From Octopus vulgaris (Eukaryota): DNA of 64,000 bases. A program made the translations under genes and the position numbers. The stretch spans positions 33,728,001 to 33,792,000 of the forward strand of contig OX597840.1 in assembly GCA_951406725.2 (NCBI GenBank), given 5' to 3'. The notes under the pieces are model-generated. The model had not been told where the DNA came from and did no database searches. It saw only the letters and a program-made list of their open reading frames with translations. Within the stretch, counting starts at the first letter, position 1, and each line of letters begins with the position of its first letter. Below, one piece after another: positions 27,901-39,358 of this stretch.

Positions 27901-30106
27901 CAGGGGGTGGTGGTGACCCCTGTTGTACTCTTTCACCCCACTTTCTCTCACTCTCTCTTCCCGTTTCTTGAGTAACGCTGCGATGGACTGGCGTTCCGTC
28001 CAGCTGGGGGGAACACATATGCCACAGAAACTGGGAAACTGGGCCCATGAGCTTGGCTAGACTTGAAAAGGGCGCATAAATAAATAAATAGGGAACAAAG
28101 GGCTCAAGAAGAAGAGGAGACTGAAAAAAAAAACACTCGTGAAACACTGCAGTGGAGGATTGCCATTGAAAGGGTCTCACCTGAAGTCGAGTTCTCGTAA
28201 CTGTGGGTAGAATACGGCATCAAGGTAGATGGACAACAAGTTCCTGAAGTCTTGCTGGTTCTGGGTTGAAAATGGATATATGGTCCAGTCACTCGCTATG
28301 TGTGTCCAATAATTATACAAACAAATAAACAGTTAATTAAATACAGGAATGATTAAAGTAATAATGAAATAAATAAATCATCATCATCATCATCATCCTC
28401 CTATCCTCCTCCGGAAAATACGAGGAATATTAATGCAGTATATGGGGATCGGAACAATAAGTGTAAGCCAGTGTCAACGGTGGTTCCAGAAATTCTGAGC
28501 CGGAAACTACAGCCTAGAAGATGAGTCTTATTCTAGATCTGAAGAGCTCAATGAGGACGTCCTGCAAACCCTGGTGGAACAAAATCCCATCGTAACTGTT
28601 GAGGAATTGGTAGAGAAGGTTCGGTTTGGTCATTCAACCATTCATCAACACTTGTGTGCCATTGGAAAAGTCAGCAAATTGGGCCAATGGGTTCCTCACA
28701 AACTTTCTGAGTCTAATCACATTCAGAGAGTGAATGTGTGCTCTTCTTTGCTGTCACATCTCATGAATGAACCATTTTGGGGACCAAATTGTGATAGGTG
28801 ACAAGAAATGGGTTCTCTATAAAAATGTCATGTGTGAAAGACAGTGGGTAGGGAAAGGAGAAACACTGGAACCCCAGGCTAAAGAAGGTCTTCACCCATG
28901 TAAGGTATTGTTATCTGTTTGGTGGGATATGAAGTTTTGAACTTTTAAACCCAAACCAAACTATAACAAAGGAGATCTACTGTGAGCAGCTTGAGTGGAT
29001 TAAGTCAGCGCTAGAAGGAAATCGACTGTCTTTGGTTTCAAGACGAAAGGTGTTCTTCCATCAGGATAATGCTTGACCACATACAGTGAGGATGACATTC
29101 CAAAGGCTGGAACAGTTTCAATGGGAAACGATGCCCCAACCACCTTATTCGCTGGACATTGCTCCATCTGATTATCATTTATTCCGCAGTCTTCAAAATC
29201 ATTTGGACGGAATAAATATGAATTCTGTAGATGAGGTCAGGACAGTACTGAAGGAGTAACTTTTGTCACAGACAAGTGAATTTTGGAAGAGGGGCTTTGC
29301 AATTCTACCAAATAGATGGAAGAGCATTGTTGAAAATGAAGGAGAGTATATTTTAGATTAAAAAAGAATTTCGTTTATCTTAATTTTGAAAAATAAAAGA
29401 AGTATAAAAAACCCACATTATTTATGGGATGACCCAATATATATTGGAGATGTACTTGCATAGCAAATGATTTGATCTGAGATCGTGTGCTGGAACAAAA
29501 ACAATTGCAGTGTGGTGGAAGGTGTTTATAAGCCATTTAAGAAACACACAAAAACCGTTAGATTCACTTCAACATTTAAATTTAATTTGTCAAAATATTT
29601 TCTTCGCTTTGAGACCGCGACCTGTTCACTGACAAAATTCCGTGCTGCATCTGTGCATATGTGTCCAATATATATCATAAGACCACTGCTGAGACGCTTC
29701 CAAAAACAAAAAAAAGAAAAGAAAACCCGTTGGAAAACCGATTATAGCAGCAACTCCATCTGAGAATATCTGAAGAAGGAATATAATTCCAAAATACCAT
29801 ATCAGACTATAGATGACTAAATTACAACAGGTATACACAGCCCATTGTCTGTATTATAGTGCATTGTTGTACCATTCAAAATTTTTTATTCTTTATATAT
29901 AAATAATATACACACACACACACTCACACACACACACACATATATATAGGCGCAGGAGTGGCTGTGTGTAGCTTGCTTACCAACCACATGGTTCTGGGTT
30001 CATTCCCTTTGCTTGGCACCTTGGGCAAGTGTCTTCTACTATAGCTTCGGGCCCACCAAAGCCTTGTGAGTGGATTTGGTAGACGGAAACTGAAAGAAGC
30101 CCATCG

Positions 30107-30143
<37 letters not shown>

Positions 30144-30973
30144 ATACGTTTGTGTGTCTGTATTTGTCCCCCTAGCATTGCTTGACAACCGATGCTGGTG
30201 TATTTACGTCCCTGTAACTTAGCGGTTCAGCAAAATAAACCGATAGAATAAGTACTAGGCTTACAAAGAATAATCCTGGGGTCGATTTGCTCGACTAAAA
30301 GGCGGTGCTCCAGCATGGCCACAGTCAAATGACTGAAACAAGTAAAAGAGTAGTAATGAGGTAAAGGCAAATTTAAAGATGTTACTCAAGTGACAGAGAG
30401 TACTAAATGGTACAAGCATTGCTAGAAATAAGAGTTAAACCATATGTATGCAAGTGACATATAATATATAATATACCTGTCATGGCATTCATGAAAGTAG
30501 CCAGCGATCTGTTGAGCATCTTGAAGAATGGGTCTCTCACAGGAAACTTCCTAGAACCACAAAGGACCGTGTGCTCAAGAATGTGTGGGACTCCGGTGCT
30601 GTCCATTGGAGTGGTACGGAACATAACGCTGTCAATTAGGAGAAGAAAAAAACAAACCAATTATCATGCATCGTTAGATGTTGGAATGATTGGCTGGGAG
30701 TTGCTGTTTTAACAGCATTACTGATTGCTCAAATTAATTAAGTTATCTTAATTTCGTCGTCATTAATTTCTATGCCAATAACACACACACACATATATAC
30801 ATATAGAACAGGCTTCTTTCAGTTTCCCTCTGCCAAATCCACTCACATGGCTTTGGTCAGCCAGGGCTATAGGAGGAGACACCTAAAGTATCACACAGTG
30901 GGTCCCAACCTAAGACCATATGGTTGGAAAGTGACCTTCTTACCACACAGATATGTCTGTTTCAGTGTGTGTT

Positions 30974-31041
<68 letters not shown>

Positions 31042-31467
31042 GGAGAGAGAGAGAAAGAGAGAGAGAGAAAGAGAGAGACAGAGAAAGAAAGAGAGAGGAT
31101 TCTTTTCAGATTCTGTCTACTAAATTCATTCACAAGGCTTTGGTTGACCCAGAACTATGATAGAAGACACTTGTCCAAGGTGTCATACAGTGGGATTGAA
31201 CCTGAAATTACAAGGGTGTAGAGCAGGCTTCATAACCATGCTGCCATGCCTGGGACTAATTTTTCAAAAATAAGATATTTAAAGAAAAAAAAGAAGTAAA
31301 ATATAATAGGGGTGGCTGTGTGGTAAGTAGCTTGTTTACCAACCACATGGTTCCGGGTTCAGTCCCACTGTGTGGCACCTTAGACAAGTGTCTTCTACTA
31401 TAGCCTCGGGCTGACCAAAGCCTTGTGAGTGGATTTGGTAGACGGAAACTGAAAGAAGCCCGTCGTA

Positions 31468-31517
<50 letters not shown>

Positions 31518-31897
31518 TGTGTGTGTATATCTTTGTTGTCTGTGTTTGTCTCCCCAACATCGCTTGACAACCGATGCTGGTGTGTTTATGTCCCTGTAAC
31601 TTAGCAGTTCAACAAAAGGGATCGTTAGAATAAGTCCTAGGCTTACAAAGAATAAGTCCTGGGGGTGGATTTGCTCGACTAAAAGGCAGTGCTCCAGCAT
31701 GGCCGCTGTCAAATCACTGAAACAAGTAAAAAGAGTAAAAGAGTAAGAGAGAATAAAGAATATTGCTAACCCGAAAGCATTATTGTTGTCATCTCGGTCA
31801 AGATGGAGATGCTGTGCTCCAGTCTGGTCGTGACGTAGTGATACAGTTGAGATAAATAATTCCGGAATAGCAGAAATCTACAACAGCAATAAAAACA

Positions 31898-31935
<38 letters not shown>

Positions 31936-32036
31936 TTAATAATAAATAATAATAATAATAAAATAATAATAATATTAATAATAAATAATATTAATAATAA
32001 ATAATAATAATAAATAAAAATAAAAATAATAATAAT

Positions 32037-32092
<56 letters not shown>

Positions 32093-32316
32093 AATAATAA
32101 TGGCCGATGCCAGCGCCGCCTTGACTGGCTTCCATGCCGGTGGCATGCATGTAAAAAACACCCACTATACCCACGGAATGGTTGGCGTTAGGAAGGGCAT
32201 CCAGCTGTAGAAACACTGCCAGATCAAGATTGGAGCCTGGTGCAGCCTCCATGGCTTATCAGATCCCCGGTCGAACCATCCAACCCATGCTAGCATGGAA
32301 AGCGGATGTTAAACGA

Positions 32317-32353
<37 letters not shown>

Positions 32354-35300
32354 CAATAATAATAATGATAATAATAATAATTATCGTCATCGTCGTTTAA
32401 CGTCCACTTTCCATGCTGGCATGGGTCAGGGCAGTTTGACTGAGAACTGGCTAGCCAGGAAGCTGCACCAGGCTCCAGTCTGCTTTGGCAGTATTTCTAC
32501 AGCTGGATGCCCTTCCTAATGCCAGCCTCTCCAAGAGTGTAGTGGGAGCATTTTATGTGCCACCAGCATGAGGGCCAGTCAGGTAGTACTGGAATCAGCC
32601 ATGCTTGAATGGTGCTTGGTTTCAAATTTTGCCACAAGGACAGCCATTTGGGGGGAGGAGGAACTAGTTGATTACATCAACCCCAGTGTTCGACTGGTAC
32701 TTGTTTTATCCACCCTGAAAGATGAAAAGCAGAGCTGACCTAGGGGGAATTTGAACTCAGAATGTAGCGGCAGATGAAATACCGCTAAGCATTTCACCCT
32801 GTGTGCTAACGATTCAGCCAGGTGATGGTGGTAGTATTGATGGTGGGTGGTGATGGTGGTGATGATAGTGGTGGTGGTGGTAGTGGTGATGCTGATGGTG
32901 GTGACAGCAATAGAGATGATGATGATGGTGGTGGTGGTGGTGGTGGTATTGATGGTAGGTAGTGATGATGGTGGGTGGTGATGATGGTGGTAGTGGTGGT
33001 GGTAGTTGGTGGCGGTGGTGATGACGATGGTGGTAGTGATGCTGGTATTGATGGTGATGTTGGTGGTGCTGACGACAATAGAGATGATGATGATGGTGGT
33101 GGTGACGGTGGTGGTAGTACTGGTGATGACCGGTGGTGTTGGCGATGGTAACAGTGACACTAGCAGTGGAGGTGGTAGTGGCAACAATGGTAAGAGTAGT
33201 AAGAGTAGTAGAGGTGGTGGTAATGGTGGTATGTGTGCTTGTAAAGCTTACCTTCTCCACAGTGTAGCCATGGATCTTGTCCCCTTCCTTGACCCTCTGC
33301 ACCGACGCAGCGCTGAGTGTGTTGACACAGCTGTAAAGAGAAAGCAAATGCAGCAGGGTTCCTCAAGGCACAACATTGATCCCCACCAGTGGGGCCCTTA
33401 AGATTTTTTTACAGCAAGGAAGGCAGAGCGAAGCACTGGGGTGGATGTAATTAACCTACCTACACCCATGAAATTGCTGGCCTTGTGACACGAGTGCCAG
33501 TCGGGCAAACTGTCCTTTCTACTAAAGGCACAAGGTCTGAAATTTGGGGGATGGGGAAAGTCGATTACATCAACCCCAGTGCGTAACTGGTACTTAATTT
33601 ATCGACCCCAAAAGGATGAAAGGTGAAGTCGACCTCGGCAGACGAAATGCCTATTTCTTTACTACCCACAAGGGGCTAAACACAGAAGGGACAAACAAGG
33701 ACAGACAAACGGATTAAGTCGATTGTATCGACCCCAGTGCATAACTGGTACTTATTTAATGAGTCCCCGAAAGGATGAAAGGCAAAGTTGACCTCGGCGG
33801 AATTTGAACCAAGAATGTAACGGCAGACGAAATACTTATTTCTTTACTACCCACAAGGGGCTAAACACAGAGAGGACAAACAAATGGATTAAGTCGATTA
33901 TATCGACTGCAGTGCATAACTGGTACTTATTTAATCGACCCCGAAAGTATGAAAGGCAAAGTACTTTGGCGGAATTTGAACTCAGAACGTAATGACAGAT
34001 GAAATACCTATTTCTTTACTACCAACAAGGGGCTAAACATAGAGGGGACAAACAAGGACAGACAAACGGATTAAGTTGATTATATCGACCCCAGCGCGTA
34101 ACTGGTACTTAATTTATCGACCCCCGAAAGGATGAAAGGCAAAGTAGACCTCGGCGGAATTTGAACTCAGAACTCAGAATGACAGATGAAATACCTATTT
34201 CTTTACTACCCACAAGGGGCTAAACACAGAGGGGACAAACAAGGACAGACAAACGGATTAAGTCGATTATATCAACCCCAGTGCGTAACTGGTACTTATT
34301 TAATCGACCCCGAATGGATGAAAGGCAAAGTCCACCACCTACAACAACTTTCTTGAAAACGTATAATTTCGAATGAAACTTTCTAGAGAAACATTTTAGC
34401 TAGTGGAGATCACGATTATTAGGGGTAATCTTTTTCCTTTCTCTTTTTTTAGACGGGAAGACGATTCGGTTTAAGTACCCCATATAACCAGGCGGACCTT
34501 ATCAAAAAAATGTTCCAGACACATTTTCGAGTGTAGATTACGATACAGATTTCCTTTTCAAATTTGATCACGGTAATTATACTCTACATCCCCGTAAACG
34601 TATCTATGGAAATTTTCGTTAAAGTATTTGCTTATAACGAAGTCCGGTAATATTTATTTTTTCTCAATTTTCTACATACACAGTTGCGATTCTACGCAAT
34701 CTAAAATCTCCCTGCGGAAAATTTCATTAAAAACACGCATTTTAAAGAAAGTTATATAAGAAACAAAGTCGAAGGTGGGGCACGCTTCTGTAGTTATGCC
34801 GGCGAGGCATAATGTCGACCTTGGCGACATTTGAACTTAGAACGCAAAAAGACAGAACAGGTACCTATTTCTTTATTGCCCACAAGAGGCTAAACACGGA
34901 GAGGACAAACAAGGACAGACAAAGGGATTACGTTGATTATATCGACCCCAGTGCGTAACTGGTACTTATTTAATCGACCCCGAAAGGATGAAAGGCAAAG
35001 TCAACCTCGGAGGAATTTGAACTCAAAACGTAGCGGTAGACGAAATGCCTATTTCTTTACTACCCACAAGGGGCTAAACATAGAGGGGACAAACAAGGAC
35101 AGACAAAGGGATTAAGTCGATTATATCGACCCCAGTGCGTAACTGGTACTTATTTAATCGACCCCGAAAGGATGAAAGGCAAAGTCGACCTCAGCGGAAT
35201 TTGAACTCAGAACATAGAAAAGACAGAACAGGTACCACAAGGATATTACCACTGCTCCAACAATTCTAATAAAAGATTCTATATGTCCTTGAAGAACAAT

Positions 35301-35577
35301 CTGGAAGTCCTCAAACTCGAAAAGGCTTCACAGTTTATTTAACTGCTTGAAAATAAAACATTCTACATCTTTGATCATCGCCCGAGAGACGAACGGATGT
35401 AAAAAGGGATCGAGTGGTGTTCATTTCTCTGGGTCCAGGGTCAAAAAATCCTACATAATTCACATATTTTTTCTATAATTACGACACTCGAAGCATAACT
35501 TAATGAATTCCCACTTACCGTTTCTTCAGTAAATGCCTGTGGCTACTCAGGACAGGCCTTCCTATAACCCGGAACAT
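1297..35577 (-). CDS. PITRM1: Presequence protease, mitochondrial (pitrilysin metallopeptidase 1, M16C); 26 coding exons in window (2909 nt), final exon beyond left edge
   Basis: Hand-spliced exons have GT/AG ends and consistent phases. Translation is collinear with PreP/Cym1: [23 protein letters not shown] (inverted HXXEH zinc motif), [32 protein letters not shown]. The N-terminus is basic and presequence-like. Confidence 0.97.
2252..2366 (-). CDS. PITRM1: PITRM1 exon 25
   Basis: [38 protein letters not shown]. Confidence 0.94.
3401..3469 (-). CDS. PITRM1: PITRM1 exon 24
   Basis: [22 protein letters not shown]. Confidence 0.94.
3955..4008 (-). CDS. PITRM1: PITRM1 exon 23
   Basis: [17 protein letters not shown]. 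Confidence 0.92.
4130..4860. repeat. Degenerate minisatellite (GATTTGAGCTGAGAAAA, about 17-18 bp units)
   Basis: Dozens of GAGCTGAGAAA motifs in a PITRM1 intron. Confidence 0.9.
5068..5180 (-). CDS. PITRM1: PITRM1 exon 22
   Basis: [37 protein letters not shown]. Confidence 0.93.
5423..5457 (-). ncRNA. Degenerate minimal hammerhead motif
   Basis: Minus strand: GTTT-CCGACGA-AAAGC TCC GCTC-GAAA-CG-TT|AAAC. Confidence 0.45.
5925..6033 (-). CDS. PITRM1: PITRM1 exon 21
   Basis: [36 protein letters not shown]. Confidence 0.88.
7090..7800 (-). mobile_element. 3' fragment of a non-LTR retrotransposon with RNase H and CCHC-type motif (I/R1/Ingi-like group), split by a SINE module at about 7305-7457
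   Basis: [21 protein letters not shown] (RNase H), [28 protein letters not shown]. Confidence 0.8.
8003..8103 (-). CDS. PITRM1: PITRM1 exon 20
   Basis: [33 protein letters not shown]. Confidence 0.9.
8860..9490 (+). mobile_element. 5'-truncated R4/Dong-like non-LTR retrotransposon (restriction-like endonuclease C-terminus) with (TAA)n tail
   Basis: [23 protein letters not shown]...LIDVLIP...EKLSKYKDL; frameshift near 9150 then [20 protein letters not shown] (stop 9263-9265). Confidence 0.82.
10566..10731 (-). CDS. PITRM1: PITRM1 exon 19
   Basis: [55 protein letters not shown]. Confidence 0.93.
11464..11540 (-). CDS. PITRM1: PITRM1 exon 18
   Basis: [25 protein letters not shown]. Confidence 0.9.
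11990..12470 (+). mobile_element. Retroposon family D with (GAT)n tail and internal tandem subunits. Other copies: about 1590-1997, 10807-11270, 16850-17380, 20990-21268, 32100-32610
   Basis: Conserved ...GGTTGGCGTTAGGAAGGGCATCCAGCTGTAGAAAC...GCATGGAAAGCGGACGTTAAACGATGATGAT 3' end. Confidence 0.8.
12579..12699 (-). CDS. PITRM1: PITRM1 exon 17
   Basis: [40 protein letters not shown]. Confidence 0.93.
13903..14441 (+). mobile_element. tRNA-derived SINE family B. Other copies or fragments: about 520-850, 916-1160, 27777-28085
   Basis: Head GGCGCAATGGCCTAGTGGTTAGGGCAG...GGTTTCGATTCCCAGACC; flanked by duplicated TGGTTGGYGTTAG. Confidence 0.8.
14694..14826 (-). CDS. PITRM1: PITRM1 exon 16
   Basis: [43 protein letters not shown]. 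Confidence 0.92.
15820..15936 (-). CDS. PITRM1: PITRM1 exon 15
   Basis: [38 protein letters not shown]. Confidence 0.93.
16076..16214 (-). CDS. PITRM1: PITRM1 exon 14
   Basis: [46 protein letters not shown]. Confidence 0.93.
16250..16815. repeat. 9-bp minisatellite (CATTATCAA/TATTATCAG) with higher-order structure
   Basis: Direct inspection. Confidence 0.92.
17783..17917 (-). CDS. PITRM1: PITRM1 exon 13
   Basis: [45 protein letters not shown]. Confidence 0.94.
18728..19180 (+). mobile_element. tRNA-derived SINE family A with internal (TA)n(TG)n. Other copies: about 1-265, 3620-3830(-), 29949-30350, 31310-31745, 36011-36528(-), 41592-42016, 46338-46725, 51865-52478(-), 61905-62795(-)
   Basis: Pol III A/B-box-like head GGCGCAGGAGTGGCTGTGTGGTAAG...GGTTCAGTCCC; shared body; AAAAGAG tail; many near-identical copies. 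Confidence 0.85.
19288..19384 (-). CDS. PITRM1: PITRM1 exon 12
   Basis: [32 protein letters not shown]. Confidence 0.93.
19916..20029 (-). CDS. PITRM1: PITRM1 exon 11
   Basis: [37 protein letters not shown]. Confidence 0.93.
21339..21467 (-). CDS. PITRM1: PITRM1 exon 10
   Basis: [43 protein letters not shown]. Confidence 0.93.
21592..22088. mobile_element. Tc2-like MITE copy (about 500 bp)
   Basis: Same TIRs with TA flanks and same internal sequence as 37809-39358. Confidence 0.85.
22921..23009 (-). CDS. PITRM1: PITRM1 exon 9
   Basis: [29 protein letters not shown]. Confidence 0.92.
23782..23908 (-). CDS. PITRM1: PITRM1 exon 8
   Basis: [42 protein letters not shown]. Confidence 0.94.
24658..24768 (+). 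ncRNA. Type I hammerhead ribozyme motif (minimal, Penelope-type) with long stem II
   Basis: TCT-CTGAAGA-GGCCGTGA...TCACGGCC-GAAA-CAGCTG-TC|AGA. Confidence 0.75.
25237..25291 (-). ncRNA. Degenerate hammerhead motif
   Basis: Minus strand: CCACA-CTGGTGA-GGCT...AGCC-GAAA-CCTGG-TT|TGTGG. Confidence 0.5.
25528..26050. mobile_element. Tc2-like MITE copy, opposite orientation
   Basis: Same TIRs; TA duplication supported by an empty-site paralogue at about 60670. Confidence 0.85.
26398..26558 (-). CDS. PITRM1: PITRM1 exon 7
   Basis: [53 protein letters not shown]. Confidence 0.95.
27491..27587 (-). CDS. PITRM1: PITRM1 exon 6
   Basis: [32 protein letters not shown]. Confidence 0.95.
28181..28295 (-). 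CDS. PITRM1: PITRM1 exon 5
   Basis: [37 protein letters not shown]; AG/GT ends. Confidence 0.95.
28410..29439 (+). mobile_element. Decayed, 5'-truncated mariner (Tc1/mariner) transposon; transposase pseudogene
   Basis: [59 protein letters not shown]; stops and frameshifts; right TIR-like end ...TTATGGGATGACCCAATA. Confidence 0.9.
30477..30628 (-). CDS. PITRM1: PITRM1 exon 4 (catalytic HILEH motif)
   Basis: [50 protein letters not shown]. Confidence 0.97.
31771..31877 (-). CDS. PITRM1: PITRM1 exon 3 ([35 protein letters not shown])
   Basis: AG/GT ends; matches PreP H..TGA.YLHL.RED.NN.F. Confidence 0.93.
33252..33330 (-). CDS. PITRM1: PITRM1 exon 2 ([26 protein letters not shown])
   Basis: tttacag acceptor, AAG|GTAAGC donor; GDKIHGY motif. 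Confidence 0.93.
33515..35230 (-). repeat. Tandem copies of a roughly 185-bp SINE family C module. Also at 12890-13465, 22255-22775, 51255-51650, 62960-63160
   Basis: Repeated TATTTCTTTACTACCCACAAGGGGCTAAAC...GAAAGGATGAAAGGCAAAGTCGACCTCGGCGGAATTTGAACTCAG. Confidence 0.85.
35519..35577 (-). CDS. PITRM1: PITRM1 coding exon 1 ([20 protein letters not shown], mitochondrial targeting peptide-like)
   Basis: GCCATG start; Arg/Lys-rich with no acidic residues; donor CG|GTAAGT in phase 2 matches the next exon. Confidence 0.8.
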
Positions 35578-35749
35578 GGCCTTCGATCGAAGAACAGGGC
35601 AGAACAGAATAAATAATAAATAATAGAGAACAGGATTTCACAATTACGGACAACCGAGGGGAATGTACATGTGCTGCTTAGCGATGATGTAAGGGGCCTT
35701 AATAACAAGAACAAGGGGAGGCTACTCACAGCAAACCATAATATGTGTG

Positions 35750-35789
<40 letters not shown>

Positions 35790-35855
35790 CACTCACACAC
35801 ATATATATATACACACATGCTAGCATGGAAAACAGACGTTAAACGATGATGATGA

Positions 35856-35937
<82 letters not shown>

Positions 35938-36276
35938 ATATATATATACATATATAGATATACACACATATATATATATGTATATACACACACACATATA
36001 TATATGTATACTTTTTTACTTGTTTCAGTCATTTGACTGCGGCCATGCTGGAGCACTGCCTTTAGTCGAGCAACTCGACCCCGGGACTTATTCTTTGTAA
36101 GCCTGGTGCTTATTCTGTCGGTTTCTTTTTGCCGAACCGCTAAGTTATGGAGACCTAAACACACCAACGTCGGTTGTCAAGCAATGCTAGGGGGGACAAA
36201 CACAGACACACAAACATACACACATACATATATATACATACATACATACATACATACATACACACATACATACATA

Positions 36277-36361
<85 letters not shown>

Positions 36362-36907
36362 CATATATACGACGGGCTTCTTTCAGTTTCCGTCTACCAA
36401 ATCCACTCACGAGGCTTTGGTCGGCCCGAGGCTATAGTATAAGACACTTGCCCAAAGTGCCACGCAGTGGGACTGAACCCGGAACCATGTGGTTGGTAAG
36501 CAAGCTACTTACCCACACAGCCACTCCTGAGCAATTTTTTATTCCTAAAGATGATGCAACATTACAAAATGATGATGAATACTTGCAATCTCATGTCCGG
36601 TAAAAAGAGTAAAAGAGCATAGTAGTAGTAGTAGTAGTAGTGGTGGTAAGTGGTAGTGGCGGTGGTGGTGGTGGTGGTGATAGTAGTAGTAGTAGTAGTT
36701 GTTGTTGTTGTTGTTGTTGAAATTGGGAGAGTTTGAAACATGGCCAGGTGACCGATACTTTTCTTTCCAGAAGTTCTTCCTCAACTCTCTCCCGATTGTA
36801 AATCGAGGTTGCTAATAAAATATCTGGATAACTTTTTGGTATTTAACAATCAATATTAAACAATGATAAATCTCAGAGCGAGTTATAAACAGTAGCGGTA
36901 ACACATC

Positions 36908-37251
36908 GTGACGCATATTTGCCATTTGAATATGGCTAACCCCTAAGGGTGGATGCTACTGTAGTTTGTAGCCCCAGTGTCAATCGACACTGGAAAAAGT
37001 ATATGTATTTGTGAAGGGAGCTCACTTCTCGTCGACAACCATGATTGTCACACGCTGATGATAGGTAAACACCTTGAAACTCGAGTCCGTGTGTATCATA
37101 AGTTGATGACGGGGAGGATGACTTCCCTTCACAAAGAGGACACAGATAGTGTGTCTATAGCCAGCTGGAGGAGATATCTTCCTGGGGCTACAAACTATTG
37201 TAGCATCCACCCTTAGGGGTTAGCCATATTCAAATGGCAAATATGGGTCAC
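36908..37251. repeat. Foldback element with about 70-bp inverted arms
   Basis: CATATTTGCCATTTGAATATGGCTAACCCCTAAGGGTGGATGCTAC... is mirrored at 37182-37251. Confidence 0.8.
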
Positions 37252-37808
37252 AACAATCAATATTATTTTTTCGATTGGATTCCAAGTCAATTTTTTTTCC
37301 TACACTAAAGTCTAATTTGAGAATTTTCAAATTTCCAAAAATTTATGTCTAAATTGGGGAAGAATGAGTTAGGATTAATTTCAATAACTTCTTTCCCTTT
37401 AACTGCCCGATGGGTAAATATATATCGAAGAGAGCCACTCCAACAGATCGTGAAGAGGTTCTGGAGAATATTTTATGTTCAGGTTTTAGGTTTACCGTAA
37501 ATCCTCGAGTATAAGTAGAAGACACTTGACCAAAGTGCTTTGCAGTGGAACTGAACCCGGAACCATGTGCTTGGAAAGCATGGTTCTTACCACACAGCCA
37601 CGGCTGCACCTATACCTTACATTGTTTTTAAAAGCCTGGTACTTATTCTATCGTCTATTTTGGCGAACCGCTATGTTACAGAGAGGTAAACATACCAACA
37701 CCGGTTGTCAAGCGGTGGTGAGGGACAAACAGACACAAAATCATACACACATAGGCATACCATATGAGAAAACGGAATTCACGAGCTCTCTCTTTCACAT
37801 GTTAAATA

Positions 37809-39358
37809 CCGTAAATCCTCGAGTATAATCCGCATTTTCCCCCCAAAATTTAAAGGTCAAAATCCCTAGTGCGTACTATATACGAGGTTATAAATGAAAA
37901 GTATTTTCTAAGCAATGTCTGAGTCTCTATTTGCTGTCCGGCAATGTTTATTCAGAAGCATTTTGTGATGTCGGGCTTGAAAATACCTTAAGCTAAGCCT
38001 GAAAGCAATGAAGTCATAAAAGAATCATCCATAACTTGCAGTAAGCAACATTTATTAAACGTTATTACTGTTATTTCTTTATTTTCTGCAAACAAAATGC
38101 ACAAAAGAGCTACACGTTTGCATTATGTTATATATACAATAATAATAAAGGATGTTACCGTATACATTTTTACAAACCAAGGACGTTATATAGACCTCCT
38201 TGACTCAAGTTAGAGAAGGGGTGCGCATTATACACAAGGTTTAGGTTTTTCAGAGGTACAGCCCCCTAAAAATCCCCCGCATATACAAGTTTGCATTATG
38301 TTATATATACAATAATAATAAAGGATGTTACCGTATACATTTTTACAAACCAAGGACGTTATATAGACCTCCTTGACTCAAGTTAGAGAAGGGGTGCGCA
38401 TTATACACAAGGTTTAGGTTTTTCAGAGGTACAGCCCCCTAAAAATCCCCCGCATATACAAGTTTGCATTATGTTATATATACAATAATAATAAAGGATG
38501 TTACCGTATACATTTTTACAAACCAAGGACGTTATATAGACCTCCTTGACTCAAGTTAGAGAAGGGGTGCGCATTATACACAAGGTTTAGGTTTTTCAGA
38601 GGTACAGCCCCCTAAAAATCCCCCGCATATACAAGTTTGCATTATGTTATATATACAATAATAATAAAGGATGTTACCGTATACATTTTTACAAACCAAG
38701 GACGTTATATTGACCTCCTTGACTCAAGTTAGAGAAGGGGTGCGTATTATACACAAGGTTTAGGTTTTTCAGAGGTACAGCCCCCTAAAAATCCCCCGCA
38801 TATACAAGTTTGCATTATGTTATATATACAATAATAATAAAGGACGTTACCGTATACAGTTTTACAAACCAAGGATGTTATATAGACCTCCTTGACTCAA
38901 GTTAGAGAAGGGGTGCGTATTATACACAAGGTTTAGGTTTTTCAGAGGTACAGCCCCCTAAAAATCCCCCGCATATACAAGTTTGCATTATGTTATATAT
39001 ACAATAATAATAAAGGACGTTACCGTATACAGTTTTACAAACCAAGGACGTTATATTGACCTCCTTGACTCAAGTTAGAGAAGGGGTGCGTATTATACAC
39101 AAGGTTTAGGTTTTTCAGAGGTACAGCCCCCTAAAAATCCCCCGCATATACAAGTTTGCATTATGTTATATATACAATAATAATAAAGGACGTTACCGTA
39201 TACAGTTTTACAAACCAAGGATGTTATATAGACCTCCTTGACTCAAGTTAGAGAAGGGGTGCGCATTATACACAAGGTTTAGGTTTTTCAGAGATACAGC
39301 CCCCTAATAATCCCCAGCGTATTATACTCAAGGGCGGACTATACTCGAGGATTTACGG
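37809..39358. mobile_element. Non-autonomous Tc1/mariner-superfamily (Tc2-like) MITE with an internal tandem expansion
   Basis: TIRs CCGTAAATCCTCGAGTATA...TATACTCGAGGATTTACGG flanked by TA. Confidence 0.85.
38112..39317. repeat. Tandem array of about 7 near-identical 173-bp units
   Basis: CAAACCAAGGA recurs at 38173, 38346, 38519, 38692, 38865, 39038 and 39211. Confidence 0.95.

Noticed and set aside
32672-33250. His/Thr/Pro-rich ORFs adjoining PITRM1 exon 2
   Set aside because: Degenerate (GGT/GAT)n microsatellite beyond the GTAAGC donor
38112-39317. Array resembling CRISPR
   Set aside because: 173-bp near-identical units with no unique spacers, in eukaryotic DNA with no cas genes
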